A DNA stretch of 64,000 nucleotides from Octopus vulgaris (Eukaryota), in NCBI GenBank assembly GCA_951406725.2, contig OX597822.1:98642001-98706000 (forward strand). Reading direction: 5' to 3'. The notes beneath the pieces are model-generated. The model was not told where the DNA came from. It did no database searches and saw only the letters and a program-made list of their open reading frames with translations. Every line of letters starts with the position of its first letter. The first letter of the stretch is position 1. Position numbers and translations under genes: made by a program. Shown here in pieces: positions 40,740-54,048 of the stretch.

Positions 40740-42900
40740 AGTCGGGCAGTGTAAATCTAATGCGTACTGGGAACTTATGATTTAATATTTTGATCCATGA
40801 CTGGACTCACTTCTCACAACAGAAGTCTCTAATACCACTCATCTCACTTCTTTAACTTTCTCCTCGCACACTACAAAATATATGTTCCACCGACGAATAG
40901 TTTCCGAATCGATTACAGTCAGAAGTATCCCATAACACCACTTTCTAATAGTGGCAGGTAATGAAAGTGCTTAACATGAGACTCTCCTAACATATGTCTC
41001 TAATGCATTACTGAAAAATGGCATTTCCTATATTTCTTCCCTAAATGCCAGTGCATTTTACCTAAATATAACTGGGAGCAATTATTTACTCATATCTCTA
41101 GTGTTCATATATACTTCAAGCGTTGTTTGTCGCGATTACGTTTCTGTGTCATACTATTAACCAATTTTTAGACCATGCTTCTGCTATCATAACTGGAGAC
41201 ACATCTGCCAAGGCTGTGTTCCCCCTCTTAGCTCTTTAGCATTCCCTATAGACACTTATTGAAAATTAGAGGCCACATTTTGGCAAAAATTTTCACCTGA
41301 ATCCCTGAGCATAAACATGTGTACCTTACCCACTTTAAATTCTTCGACTACATACGTAGTTTTCAAACGTAATTTTCCTGAACTGCTAAATAAAACAACA
41401 TCGGGCAACATTCGTGGAACTAACAGTTTGATCTTTTAGCAAACATTAACTTGTTGCATGCACTAACCTTTGTAAATGCAATTTATTGCTTGCAATCCAT
41501 GTTCTCAGCACCAGAGCTTTGCCTTTCCAGGAACCTGTGTTTTACTGATTTGCTTAAGTCGCTCGTTTAGTCGCTCCTGAATCCATGCACCAAAGTTGAT
41601 AAGCCTGTCGATCAGGTTGACAATGTATCTTAAACGATGCTCTCTCAATTTATCTGACATCGCTTACCCATCATCATACTTTTTGAGAGACACACTTCTA
41701 CTCTCTTATTCACCTTAAATTCAAACTTTGCCATGAAATCAAGTTCTCAAACTTTCTCAAAATCTCTCTCAACGTGTTGTTTCTCACTTGGCAGAATTCT
41801 CAAATCTCTCAGGACATCTCTTGTTAGCATCTCCACAACTCCATTCTTGAGTAGCGAACATTCAATATGATTTGCAACTTAAAAGTCAGTCTCCATCGCC
41901 GTCAAACAAAGCAATAGCAAAACGGACATCTCACGAGGATCACCAGCTTCAGGAAGTACAACTTCATATAATTGTCTGCAGTAAACCTTATTTTATACTG
42001 ATATAAGTAGTTCTGCTGCATATCATCAGCCACCTCCACAACCCAAAGAACTTGAAGTGAACTGCATAATTTGAATTAACTAAATCGAACTAGATAGTAT
42101 ACACATTTCATTATACCTCTTACTCTACTGAATGGATTAATAGGTCATCTGTACATGCTCAATGCATCCAGGAGGTTTGATTTTCTCTGCATAATTGTGT
42201 CTTCAAATCTGCCCTTCATAATAAAATCCATCATTATCGAATATACGCATCAAAATTTTCGTTTCAAAATTGACAATTGATAAATATTGGTGAGAACTGA
42301 CAGATTTCTTTAGCATTCTTCTTATGTTTGGCATGTACATCTTTATGCAAATCACTAGTGTGATAGTGCACTGTGTGAATCGGACACAAACCATCCCCAG
42401 ACAATAACTGGATTGTCTGTAAGAGATTCCCGTTTGCCCTACTGTACCGCTAGTCTGTAGTTCAACCTCCCACAGCTACAACTTGTCCACATTCATCTCA
42501 TGGTATGGTTCTCTTGGCCTCAAACCTAATGCCACACTAAATGTCTCTTCTCACTTTTCATCAGACGTAATTAGTTTCTTTTACTTTCGTTTCTTGTAAA
42601 AATTTGGATGCTCTTCGTCACACACCTGTTTTGTAAGTCTGTAAGTGTCTTTCTACAAGTCACATTTTGTTTTTGTTTCTTTCGATTGTTCCTCTCCTAG
42701 AAGAGGGTAATCTACTAATCTATATTCTTCATGTTTCTGAACCTTTTCGAGCCCTCATACAACACTGAAAGACCTGCCTTCGCGTCCATATGCATTCTGA
42801 AGAACATCTTGATCTTGGATTTGTATTATGTCAAAAACTGTAATTGAGTGAGAGAAGCTGAGGAAAGTGAGAGGAGATTTGAAAACATATGCAGTTTCAA
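40740..42900 (-). mobile_element. Possible ancient Gypsy-like pol remnants
   Basis: Faint minus-strand peptides: MFMLRDSG (protease-like, ~41300), HWHLG and LLTVIDSET (integrase-like, ~40900-41060), RMHMDAKAGLSVLY (RNase H-like, ~42760-42800). Confidence 0.3.
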
Positions 42901-45096
42901 GAATCTCTTAAGAATTTGATTTGCAAAATATATTCTACATGAAACCACAATTGGGTCATCTAGATTGTATCTAGATATAGTTTTGCTTTTCCATTAGTTA
43001 AGTAGAAAATACTTTCACAATTTCTGGTTGTATAAACTACATTGAAAACTACATATCGTCAGGAAACTTTTATTAGATGCTAAACGATTTTTACCAATAC
43101 TAAAAGCTGAGAGGGACCACATTACTGAGTAAATTATAAAGGATTTGACGGAAACCATCGTCAAGCAATTATTGTAGGCCGCTCTAAAGAAAAACAAATA
43201 TTACGGAAGAGTCAATAAGATTAACAAAGAAATAAAATTTAAGGAAGCGTATAGTGGATGGCACAGTAATTAGATTTTGTCCTAAGAAAGCATCGCGATA
43301 GATTTGTCATTGATTTCACAAGTAAGTATTGGAATAAATATTTTTATAGAATGGTAACGATACTGATGACTTTGTCAAGATTCCTGGGGATAGAACCCAT
43401 AGAAACTAGCTTACAGAGTTCTATATAATTCTATATAATTAATCATTGGGCTAAAGGAGGAAACAATTCTAAGTTAACTTGTCTTTGATTCGGATATATT
43501 TAGTGGAACTAGAGATACATATAAAGAAGATACGGCCTTAATACGATTCGGTCCAATAAGGTAGACACGAGCTAATTTCATTCAAACACTGTTGTTTCTG
43601 CCAGTCAACATTCTCTATTTCCTCGTAATTATAGAATGGAACAATATGTAGTTGGAATTCTAGGCACACAAGCTATTCGATTACATCGATCTAGAATTAT
43701 TAGTGGTGCTAATTTTACGGATATTGAACGAACTACAGGCAACGCTAGCTATGTAAAATTGTATAACTATATAATTAACTATAAAGAGAATCTAAAGCAA
43801 GATTATCATATTTTCTCCGGTATTATAATTTCTACATCTTCCCTTTCCGCTAGTTACAGATAATAATCTGTAACATTAGCAGAAATTAATGTTATCAATA
43901 TACAAATATGTTCCGCTACAGAATATGAGAATATCCTCTAAGTATTCCTTGTTAAGAACAGAAGAGTAGCATTTACCATTTCCTTCATATAGTGAAATTC
44001 TAAACATTGCTATTAATTTGAGATAGATTAACTTCCGCATTCGTAATTATTTTAATACACATAATATTTATGTAAATTGTTTTATGTATAAATATATCAT
44101 TATATGCACGGAGAACAACGAGAATAAAATCGATGACGTGCATATTTATTCTTAATTCGCTCCGGCATATTTGAACGTGACAATGCTAATCGCTGCTTCG
44201 TTTTGTTCATGACGAAACACAACAGACGAAATACACATTTGTCTTCTGTAAGACGAATGTGTGTTCCAAAAACTCGATTCATTAGCGAGAGGGCACTCTG
44301 ATACACCGGTATTTTGACATCGCTGTGCTCGTAAGAAGCTTTGGGGAAAAGTTTTGACAGCTCAGATTTAAGGCAATTTTTGTATCTTAAATTTGGTTTG
44401 AGAAGAAAGTTGTTTCTTGTCCTAGAACTGGGATCATATATCAAAAATATAAATCAGTAACAATGCAGGGAATCAAATTTAAGTTCAAATCCAAATTTCA
44501 TTTACACCACTTATATTTGTAAACCGATATTCTCGATAACTGAACTTTATCTGTTACATGAGTTGATGGAGTTTGGACGGAAGTAGTACATCGCTTGCGT
44601 TGCAGTGGCATCCTTTTGCTAGAAAAAGAACTATTTTAAAGCGGTGTACATAAGCTGTTATTTGTGAAATACTAAATACACCGCTTGTTGTTGCTGTAAG
44701 CGTGGGTGGGTTTTTTCTTTCTATATTCTCATTGCTTTACTTTTCATATTTTGTGTAATTTTTTTTTTTTGTTAGTCATCTCTTTGGTAAGTTACTTCGG
44801 TGTTTACTCAACCCCTCAGCTTTTATAAAAGAATCATCCAAACCTTGCAAACGATGCTTCCGCACATTGTATAGTCCTCATATATCCCAAACCGCACTGA
44901 GAATATGTAGTAATGAATTACTTGAAAAGATAAAGCGTAATGGCTTACTGCTTGGTTGGTGGGGGTAACTGGAAAATATGCTTTGATGCTGAAGTCCATG
45001 CAGGAAACTGCTTTGTTGAAGCAGTATTTGGGTTTGCTGGTATCATGCTGAAATGGTGAAATGGTATCCGTCTTCACCATTCATACAGAGCAGTGG

Positions 45097-45750
45097 TTAC
45101 TGGAACGCATCGTAGTTATTCCTGCAAAATCTCTTGGTAAACAATAGTCTTTCTTCTCCCTTGTGGAACAATTGCAAATAGATTGTTTTTTTGCTTCTCA
45201 CTTTAGAGTAGTCAACACTTAATGGCTCGTGTAAGAAGTATGACTCTTCCAAGTGAAGTTCTACCATTGAAAGTGTTCGACCACGGGATTTATTGATAGA
45301 CATTGGGAAACTGATACGAATAGGAAATTGTACTCTTCTGAATAAAAACGGAATTTCTGCTTCCAGGGGAATGAGAGAAATTCTGGGTATGGAAACATCC
45401 TCTCCTTTTCTACACCCAGAGAAAATGGTGGACTCAGTAACATGTGGCATCATTTTCTTTACCACCAGGGGTATCCCATTGCAGAGTGTTGGTGGATCCA
45501 AATTCCTCAATAACATTACAGGAGTTTCCACTTTCAGTTCCAATCTGTGGGGAAGTAGTCCTGGAAGTTCCAATTAATTGAGAAATTCTGTTAGATAATT
45601 TACCACCTTTACTGGATCTTGGATTGTATCAACTGACATAGATGTGTGAACTTCCAGGAACGTACTGTAACAGTTGCTTATTAATTTTACTTCCAGTGCT
45701 ATTTTTTGGTGCCACTATTGCTCTTTCACACAGCCAATTGAGATTGTGAT
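45097..45750 (-). pseudogene. Helitron PIF1-like helicase C-terminal fragment
   Basis: WLCERAIVAPKN..., LPGLLPHRLELKVETPVMLLRNLDPPTLCNG, IPRISLIP, RVQFPIRISFPMSINKSRGRTL (motif V/VI region, degenerate). Confidence 0.9.
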
Positions 45751-46146
45751 AACTTTTTCACCAGTGGATATGAAGGAGACAATTAATTTCTGAAAGTTAT
45801 TTCGCAACGAGTTACCTCCCTTTTCCAAGTGACCCAGGAAAGGGTATTTTCTGCTCCCAGAGGGCCCGTTACTCATTATGTAAAAAATTTTAAGCGTCTA
45901 AAACCATCTCTGGAACATAAGTAATGTATATTCGCAGTTTGGAGAAAATCAGTTTTTAACTTCAGAAGTTATGCTGGTTTATACTCACACACACACACAC
46001 ATGCACACACCACACACACACACAAACACACTCACACACACATATATATATATAGCCATTTTACAACAATGGTTATATTTCCATACCGCAAACTACTCGG
46101 TAATAATTGTTGATTTTAAAATTAATAATTATTTACCCTTATATTA

Positions 46147-46192
<46 letters not shown>

Positions 46193-47383
46193 GTTTCTAC
46201 AGGTACGGCCTACGGTAAAATAATTACCTGATATTTACATCTCCCGTCACTGTATAAGGAAGCTGCTTATAAACATGTGATCGAAAGACACAAATAATTT
46301 TTCTCGTTATTTGTATATTTTCGTTTACTATAAATATGTATACTGGCCAACGTGTAACTCTATGTTCTTCATGCAGGAAGAAGCCATACAAAATTATCTG
46401 ATGTCAAATTGTTACATCAAAGAAAAATCTTCATACAAAACCTAAATATTTCAGTCCAGCTAAGACATGGAAAATAATGCTAGAGTATACTACTCTGAGG
46501 AGCACTAATAAGCCCGAAACATGTGCAGATATATCAACGTTCTTACTAAATAGGATACTCATGTCTTCCTTCACAGTTTTATCATTTTTTTATTTCTAGG
46601 ATCACTCCTTTGACTTACCTCAAAAGAATTATCATTGACACCAATACTTTTTACTTTTAATTCTCATGTTATTTCAGTTCATTAAACATTATCTTTGGTT
46701 CACTACATTTAGTACATTAACTCCCATTTCACATTATAATAGCATGAGTAATTAGTGAGAGTGACTAAACCAATAAACCAAACTCTAAAATTGAGACTAT
46801 GTAAAATTGTTCATTGGCGCACAATTTAGTTATTGAATGTTTATTGATTAGTGCTGTAAATAAATCTGCACAATATCGATCTAATTAAGCGTCTCTATTA
46901 ATCAATTCTGGTTTCGGTTGCAGCGTTAGAACATCTCTTGGGAGAAAATTACTGCTTAATTACTGGTTGTTAGAAAGAACATAATACATTTCGAATACAT
47001 TTAATAATAAAATATGTTGTCTATGTGTTTATGTGAGTATATATGTATCGAAACATAAATGTGTGGGCGTTTACTTTTATATACACAAAAATACATACAT
47101 ACACATACCGCCACATACATTCACACATAGACACAAACATGCAGTATGTGTACATATACACAAAATGGCACACATACACGCGCACACTGATATATATTCG
47201 TTTCTTGTCTCAAACGGGGGCCATACTGAGGCACCAACTTGATGAAATCTGAGTCGGACAAATCGACTTGAATATGAATTTTTTAAGGCTGATACTTGTA
47301 TGCATCCCTTTTGCCGCACCTATAGGTTACAGAAACGTAGCAAGGCAACACCGGTTACCAAGCGGCACAAAGACAGGCGCGCG

Positions 47384-47421
47384 CTGACGAACGGGAACGT
47401 GAAACTAACTCTGAGTAACAG
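47384..47421 (+). ncRNA. Hammerhead core without recognisable helix I
   Basis: CTGACGA ACG GGAA CGT GAAA CT AACTCTG AG TA ACAG. Same helix II as 61175-61212. Confidence 0.45.
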
Positions 47422-47471
47422 TTTTCGTGGTGTCTTTGCAACTTTATTAATAATGTATATATATATATATT

Positions 47472-47561
<90 letters not shown>

Positions 47562-47685
47562 ATATATATATATATATATGTATACAAGTTTAGCAAAATT
47601 TAGATTCAAATGAATATGGTACTTAAGCTAGATGCACCAGGATTTTGTATGGTGTTATCCATATAAATCCATGGGGTGATTATAA

Positions 47686-48202
47686 TCAAAATAAGCAACA
47701 AGAATATCTTCAGTAATTTGATACAATCGGTTCACGCTACATTATTTTATTAAACATTTTAAGTATTACAACAGTTTTAAAATGTTGAGCAATCATCAGC
47801 CATTTATAGAGGTTTTCTGTCAATATACTTATTTTCATGTTAATTGATAACATTATAAAGAGGGCAGATATATAGACAGAGATGTTGATTTGAAGGTTAA
47901 GAACAATAAGTTATTAGAATTTAGCAGTTCAAAATAACTTAAAGAATATTTTTCAGTGAGAAGATAAATTCTAATACCTTAATTTTCTTAACCTTCAAAT
48001 CAACATCTCTGTCCATATATCTACCTTCTTTATAATGTTATCAATTAACAGGAAAATAAGTATATTGATGGAAAACCTCCACAAATGGCTAATGATTGCT
48101 CAACATTTTAAAACTGTTGTAATACTTACAATGATTAATAAAATGATGTAGCGTGAAACGATCGTACCAAATTACCGAAGATATTCTTGTTGCTTATTTT
48201 GA
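47686..48202. mobile_element. ~235-bp inverted repeat pair (PLE pLTR-like fold-back) in (TA)n
   Basis: Arms ~47686-47921 and ~47966-48202, diverged by scattered substitutions; each carries a hammerhead-like motif. Confidence 0.8.
48086..48169 (+). ncRNA. Degenerate hammerhead with long helix II
   Basis: TGG CTAATGA TTGCTCAACATTTTA...TAAAATGATGTAGCGT GAAA CGATCG TA CCA. The inverted arm (47719-47803) keeps CTGATGA. Confidence 0.55.
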
Positions 48203-48238
<36 letters not shown>

Positions 48239-48240
<2 letters not shown>

Positions 48241-48417
48241 TAAGTAATTAAGGGTTTAGCAACGATTTGCCTCACCACACACCGAATTTACAAATAGCAG
48301 TCAAAACGTTTTGGCTATTCTTTCTACTTAGAAAGAATAGCCAAAACATTTTGACTGCTATTTCTAAATTCGGTGTGTGGTGAGGCAAATCGTTGCTAAA
48401 CCCTTAATTACTTGGTA
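48239..48417. repeat. ~87-bp-stem near-perfect hairpin
   Basis: aagtaattaagggtttagcaacgatttgcctcaccacacaccgaattt...ttctttcta-ct-tagaaagaa...aaattcggtgtgtggtgaggcaaatcgttgctaaacccttaattactt. Confidence 0.92.
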
Positions 48418-49256
48418 TTACTTAAACCTTCCTTGAATGGCGATTTTACATGTCGAACTCTACTTGGTGAAATTAATGATTATTTCTAAATTAATTAATT
48501 TCACCCTTTATTATTGATATATATATGACAAGCGTCTTTCAGTTTTTATCTAGGAAATCCACTCACAGGGCTTTGCTTCGCCCGAGGCCATTGTAGCAGG
48601 CACCCAGCCACAAGAATAGTTACTAATAGTTTCATTCTTTAAGAGACATTAAATGTATGGGATCGAATGACCCATATACTGCATAAAATCAAGTGGAGAA
48701 TCGTAGAGAAATCTACTCCATATACGCGACCACATTGACGGATTACTTTTGTCGGACTGGAGGCCACTAGCAACTCAAGATTGACCAGCTATATCAGTTT
48801 GGCATCTTCTTTGTTATATTATTCTATACCACCTAAATTAATTATGATTCCTACAGACAAAAAATTATCTATGATTTTTACAGACAAAAAATTAATTATG
48901 ATTTCTACAGACAAAATATTAGCACCACAAATAATTGTTTTTTTCGTTTCTTTCTTCGCGTTCAATGTTTTGCAGTAGTTTTCGCGTTTTTTCTACTCAT
49001 TCTTCTCATGTTTTTTCATTGACTAACATCCTCGTTTTTAAATACATCCTGCATTATGAACTGTGCCTGAATGATTGCTCGGAGATACATGGCATGTTAT
49101 ATAAATCTGTCAATTTAATGTATCTTAAAGCATGAAACCATTAATAACTCTTTTATAAATGTGTTTATTACATGATGTTTATTTCTGGATGGAATACAAT
49201 TTTGTTGATCCTACCTATAATGGAACAGTAAACTATACAAATACACACGCACACAC

Positions 49257-49315
<59 letters not shown>

Positions 49316-49316
49316 A

Positions 49317-49350
<34 letters not shown>

Positions 49351-49365
49351 TTATCTATCTATCTT

Positions 49366-49407
<42 letters not shown>

Positions 49408-49408
49408 A

Positions 49409-49458
<50 letters not shown>

Positions 49459-49520
49459 TTATCTATCTATCTTTCTATCTATCTATATATCTATCTATCT
49501 ATCTATCTGTCTATCTATCT
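49257..49520. repeat. (ATCT)n microsatellite
   Basis: Direct reading. Confidence 0.95.
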
Positions 49521-49747
49521 GTATGTTATCTGTCTCTGTCTCACCAGAGGGGAATAATATTATCACTGAAGGCGCGAAATTGTGTTTGACCTCTGACCGA
49601 CTACTAATGAGGATTTGTCGACCTTCTGTGTCTGACGGTTAATTATTTGCTCTAAAAATATTGGGCTTCTAGACGAATTGACTAAGGCATGTTTTCTTAC
49701 CTTTTCCTTCTTCCTTTTGTTTATATTGTATGCTCTTGTTTTTCACT

Positions 49748-49854
49748 CTGATGAAGATCCGTTGCCTTAATTCGAATGCCCTATGAAGAAGAAGAACTTT
49801 ATTCTCGCATTTATTTATAGACAGCATTTTGGCAACCGATCAGTAACGGCCGTA
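49748..49854 (+). ncRNA. Degenerate hammerhead with expanded helix II
   Basis: CTGATGA A GATCCGTTGCC ...64 nt... GGCAACCGATC A GTAA CGGCCG TA. GAAA mutated to GTAA; palindromic helix III. Confidence 0.45.
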
Positions 49855-50009
49855 AAATATGCCACGTCACCTATTTTGTTATGTCATGCTTTGTATTGAA
49901 AAAGTAAGGTATAAATGTGGTCCAATCGATGTGTTAATTAATCTGTGATTTTCCCATTTTGTAATTATTTGCACTACACACACACACACACACATACATA
50001 TATATATAT

Positions 50010-50238
50010 GGAAGCACTCCGTCGGTTCCAACGACGAGGGTTCCGGTTGATCCGAATCAACGGAACAGCCTGCTCGTGAAATTAACGTGTAAGTGGCTGA
50101 GCACTCCACAGACACGTGTACCCTTAACGTAGTTCTCGGGGATATTCAGCGTGACACAGAGAGTGACAAGGCCGGCCCTTTGAAATACAGGTAGAACAGA
50201 AACAGGAAGTAAGAGTGAGAGAAAGTTGTGGTGAAAGA
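50010..50238 (-). mobile_element. SINE 3' part (family D)
   Basis: Reverse complement of ~62803-62971. Confidence 0.75.
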
Positions 50239-50679
<441 letters not shown>

Positions 50680-50792
50680 TATATTTATATACATACATGT
50701 ATATATATATAATTGTTAAACAAGACAGTAAACATTAAGGTAAGGCAAATATCTCAAGTCGTATACAGTATTTTTATAGGAAGCGATTCAAA

Positions 50793-50848
50793 ACCTTACA
50801 GCTGTTTCTGAGATATCCCCGAGTATAGAATATTCCGTCATCAGAGAC
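50793..50848 (-). ncRNA. Hammerhead-like motif
   Basis: Minus: GTCT CTGATGA CGGAATATTC..GGATATCTCA GAAA CAGCTG TA AGGT. Palindromic helix III, weak helix I. Confidence 0.55.
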
Positions 50849-51042
50849 AAATAGGGGAAAAATAAGGAAAATGAGAATGGAATAGATTAATGAGATGACG
50901 ACATGGAAGAAGATGGAAAGAAGAAAAAAGAAGTATAAAATTTCATATTTCAAATTCCTGAAGTTATAGAAACCAGAGCATGAGTCCTTTGTCTATATAT
51001 ATATATGTGTGTGCATATATATATATACTTATATATATATAC

Positions 51043-51101
<59 letters not shown>

Positions 51102-51156
51102 CATACATATATATATATTTTATACATATATACATATATATATATACATACATATG

Positions 51157-51208
<52 letters not shown>

Positions 51209-51792
51209 TATATATATATACATATATATACATACATAAGCACATATTTTGTGCATCTGAGTGTACGCGTGTGCATGCATGGATGAGATAACCACTTTCA
51301 ATTACGTAATATAAATATCTAAAATTCTCGAGTGATCTCTTTGAACCGTTACGAAGGAATTCGACAGATAATGACGGTTAATGACGACTAAGTATATCTG
51401 AAACTCAAAATATCTGTTCGTTTAAAATAAATTGCAGACATTAGCCAATATGTGTGCTTATGTATGCATGTGTACATGTGTGTGTGTGCGTGTGTATGTG
51501 TGTATGTATTCGTGTGGCTTTATTATTTATTCTCTTGGAATAGAAAATAGATATTATTTCGTTTATAATCCTATATATCTTGAAAGGCAGCATGAATCTA
51601 ATCTATTTGTAGATTCCGTTTCCTGAAAGATTGTCGTGTACTCGAATATGTGTCTCCGCATCTCTCCTCGTATGTATGTATGTATGTATGTATGTATGTA
51701 TGTATGTATGTATGTATGTACGTGTGTATCTATCAATATATATATATATATATATATATGTTTAAGTAGTTGAATGAATTATCCTCTTATGG

Positions 51793-51842
51793 ATATATAT
51801 ATTTACACACACACACACAAACATACATATACACTTACAATT

Positions 51843-51876
<34 letters not shown>

Positions 51877-52195
51877 TAAATGAAAGAATGGATAATTCGG
51901 TTAACCGATACTATGGATTCCGTGTGGGTAGTCATCTAAAAGTTTTTGTTTGTCATGATGCTGACGTAAGTTCCTTGTCTTACCTGATGAGAAGACGGCA
52001 TAATGCACCCTTTATTCGTTCGGAATTAGGTATATGCAGTCTTCGAAACATATGTCGAGAATAAAGGAATTTTGTTAAATCACCGTTCGACTCCATTCTT
52101 TCATTTATCTCTATATATATATATATCTGTAATTGTAAGTGTATACGTATGTTTGTGTGTGTGTGTGTAAATATATATATATATATATATATATC
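51793..52195. mobile_element. Fold-back element with central hammerhead
   Basis: Inverted arms ~51793-51892 and ~52092-52195 (tagataaatgaaagaatgga / tccattctttcatttatct plus microsatellite). Confidence 0.65.
51980..52061 (+). ncRNA. Type-I hammerhead ribozyme motif
   Basis: CTGATGA GAAGAC G GCATA...TATGC A GTCTTC GAAA CATATG TC^. Canonical core, strong helix II, palindromic helix III, GUC triplet; helix I degraded. Confidence 0.7.
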
Positions 52196-52514
52196 TGTAA
52201 TTGTAAGTGTGTATGTATGAGTGTGTGCGTGCTTGCGTGTGTGTGTATATGTGTGTGTGTTGTTGAGAATGAAACACACCATAGAAGTATGGTAAGTCCA
52301 CGTGGAATAAATAACTGAAAGTAAGAAAACTGAGTGACAGTAATTTTATTCTATAACCGTATATTTCTGACGCTCTATCGGATGAAAGATAACATATGCT
52401 GTCACACACAGTAAAAGATTAAACATACATATATTCATACATACATACATACACACACATGTACTACATAACACATACGTACATGCATACATATGTACAT
52501 ATAAATGTATACAT

Positions 52515-52570
<56 letters not shown>

Positions 52571-52800
52571 GTATATATATAAAAATAATAATGATAAATC
52601 TCAGAGCGAGTTATAAACAGTAGCGGTAACACATCGTGACGCATATTTGCCATTTGAATATGGCTAACCCCTAAGGGTGGATGCTACTGTAGTTTGTAGC
52701 CCCAGGAAGATATCTCCTCCAGCTGGTTATAGACACACTATCTGTGCCCTATCAGTATTTGTGAAGGGAAGTCATCCTTCCCGTCTTCAACTTATGATAC

Positions 52801-52838
52801 ACACGGACTCGAGTTTCAAGGTGTTTACCTATCATCAG

Positions 52839-52840
<2 letters not shown>
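52801..52840 (-). ncRNA. Minimal hammerhead motif, 5'-truncated by (TA)n
   Basis: Minus: CG CTGATGA T AGGT AAAC ACCT T GAAA CTCGAG TC^CG TGT. Confidence 0.62.
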
Positions 52841-52869
<29 letters not shown>

Positions 52870-53378
52870 CTTACATACATATACTGTAAAAATCTATAAA
52901 ACCTTCCAGAAGTTTGTCATTTAAGTATATATGAGCATGTCTAGATACGCAAGTATATGCATGATAAGGCACACAAAACAAAACATACAGATCTGAACGT
53001 ATACATATATACATACATACAAACAAAAATAACCTGCTGTTAGTGTTGAAAGTCCAATGAGCGAGCCTTGGATCTACGTTAGAAACCGACATTCTCTATT
53101 GGGAAGAAATTTTGAAATAAAACTGAATAATGACATAAACATATATAGGCCGAGGTACACTTATACATATATAAGCATAAGCATAAGCATAGATACACAT
53201 GCATATATATTCATATTTACATACATATTCATTTACATATATACATATGCAGATACATAGATACATAAATATATATATATATACATATAAGTAGATATAA
53301 TATATATAGATACAGAGACAACACATGTGCATTTATACATTAGATTTATAATGGCATATACATATATGTGTGTGTGTG

Positions 53379-53420
<42 letters not shown>

Positions 53421-53646
53421 CACAGAGAGATACATGCACAGAGGTACACACGTATATATATGTGTGTGTGTGTGTGTACACACATACATATATATATAAT
53501 ATATATAGAAACATATAGATAGATACTATATGAATATACAGATATGTACACACATGTGCATATGCATATATATATATATATACACACACAGGCATACATA
53601 CTTTCACATATACATACATAGATGTATATATATATGTATATGTATA

Positions 53647-53689
<43 letters not shown>

Positions 53690-53722
53690 TTGTTTGTGTG
53701 TGTGTGTGTGTGTATGTCATAA

Positions 53723-53768
<46 letters not shown>

Positions 53769-54004
53769 GAAACGCGGAGTAGATGAAAGAGAGGCGGCTG
53801 AAGAAGGGGATTGTTCCTTGTGTTGTTATGTTCGTTGTTTAAGAAAAATGTCCATTTCCTTGGTTTTGTGTTTATATTTTCGTTTCTCATTGTGTTCGAC
53901 GCTTTTTTGGTGTCCTGTACCCATATATGCATGTATATATGCATACAGTTGTAGGTACGTACATATATGTATGTATATATGCATATGTTTTATTTATTAA
54001 TTTG

Positions 54005-54036
<32 letters not shown>

Positions 54037-54048
54037 TTATATATATAT

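Noticed and set aside
44100-44444. 114-aa minus-strand ORF as a CDS
   Set aside because: Non-ATG start in the track, no recognisable domain and no splice context.
45097-45573. Host PIF1 helicase gene
   Set aside because: Intronless fragment with degenerate helicase motifs and upstream disruptions; matches the Helitron Rep/Hel C-terminus.
46495-46530. Hammerhead-like CTGAGGA...GAAACATG
   Set aside because: Helices I and II do not pair convincingly and there is no NUH triplet.
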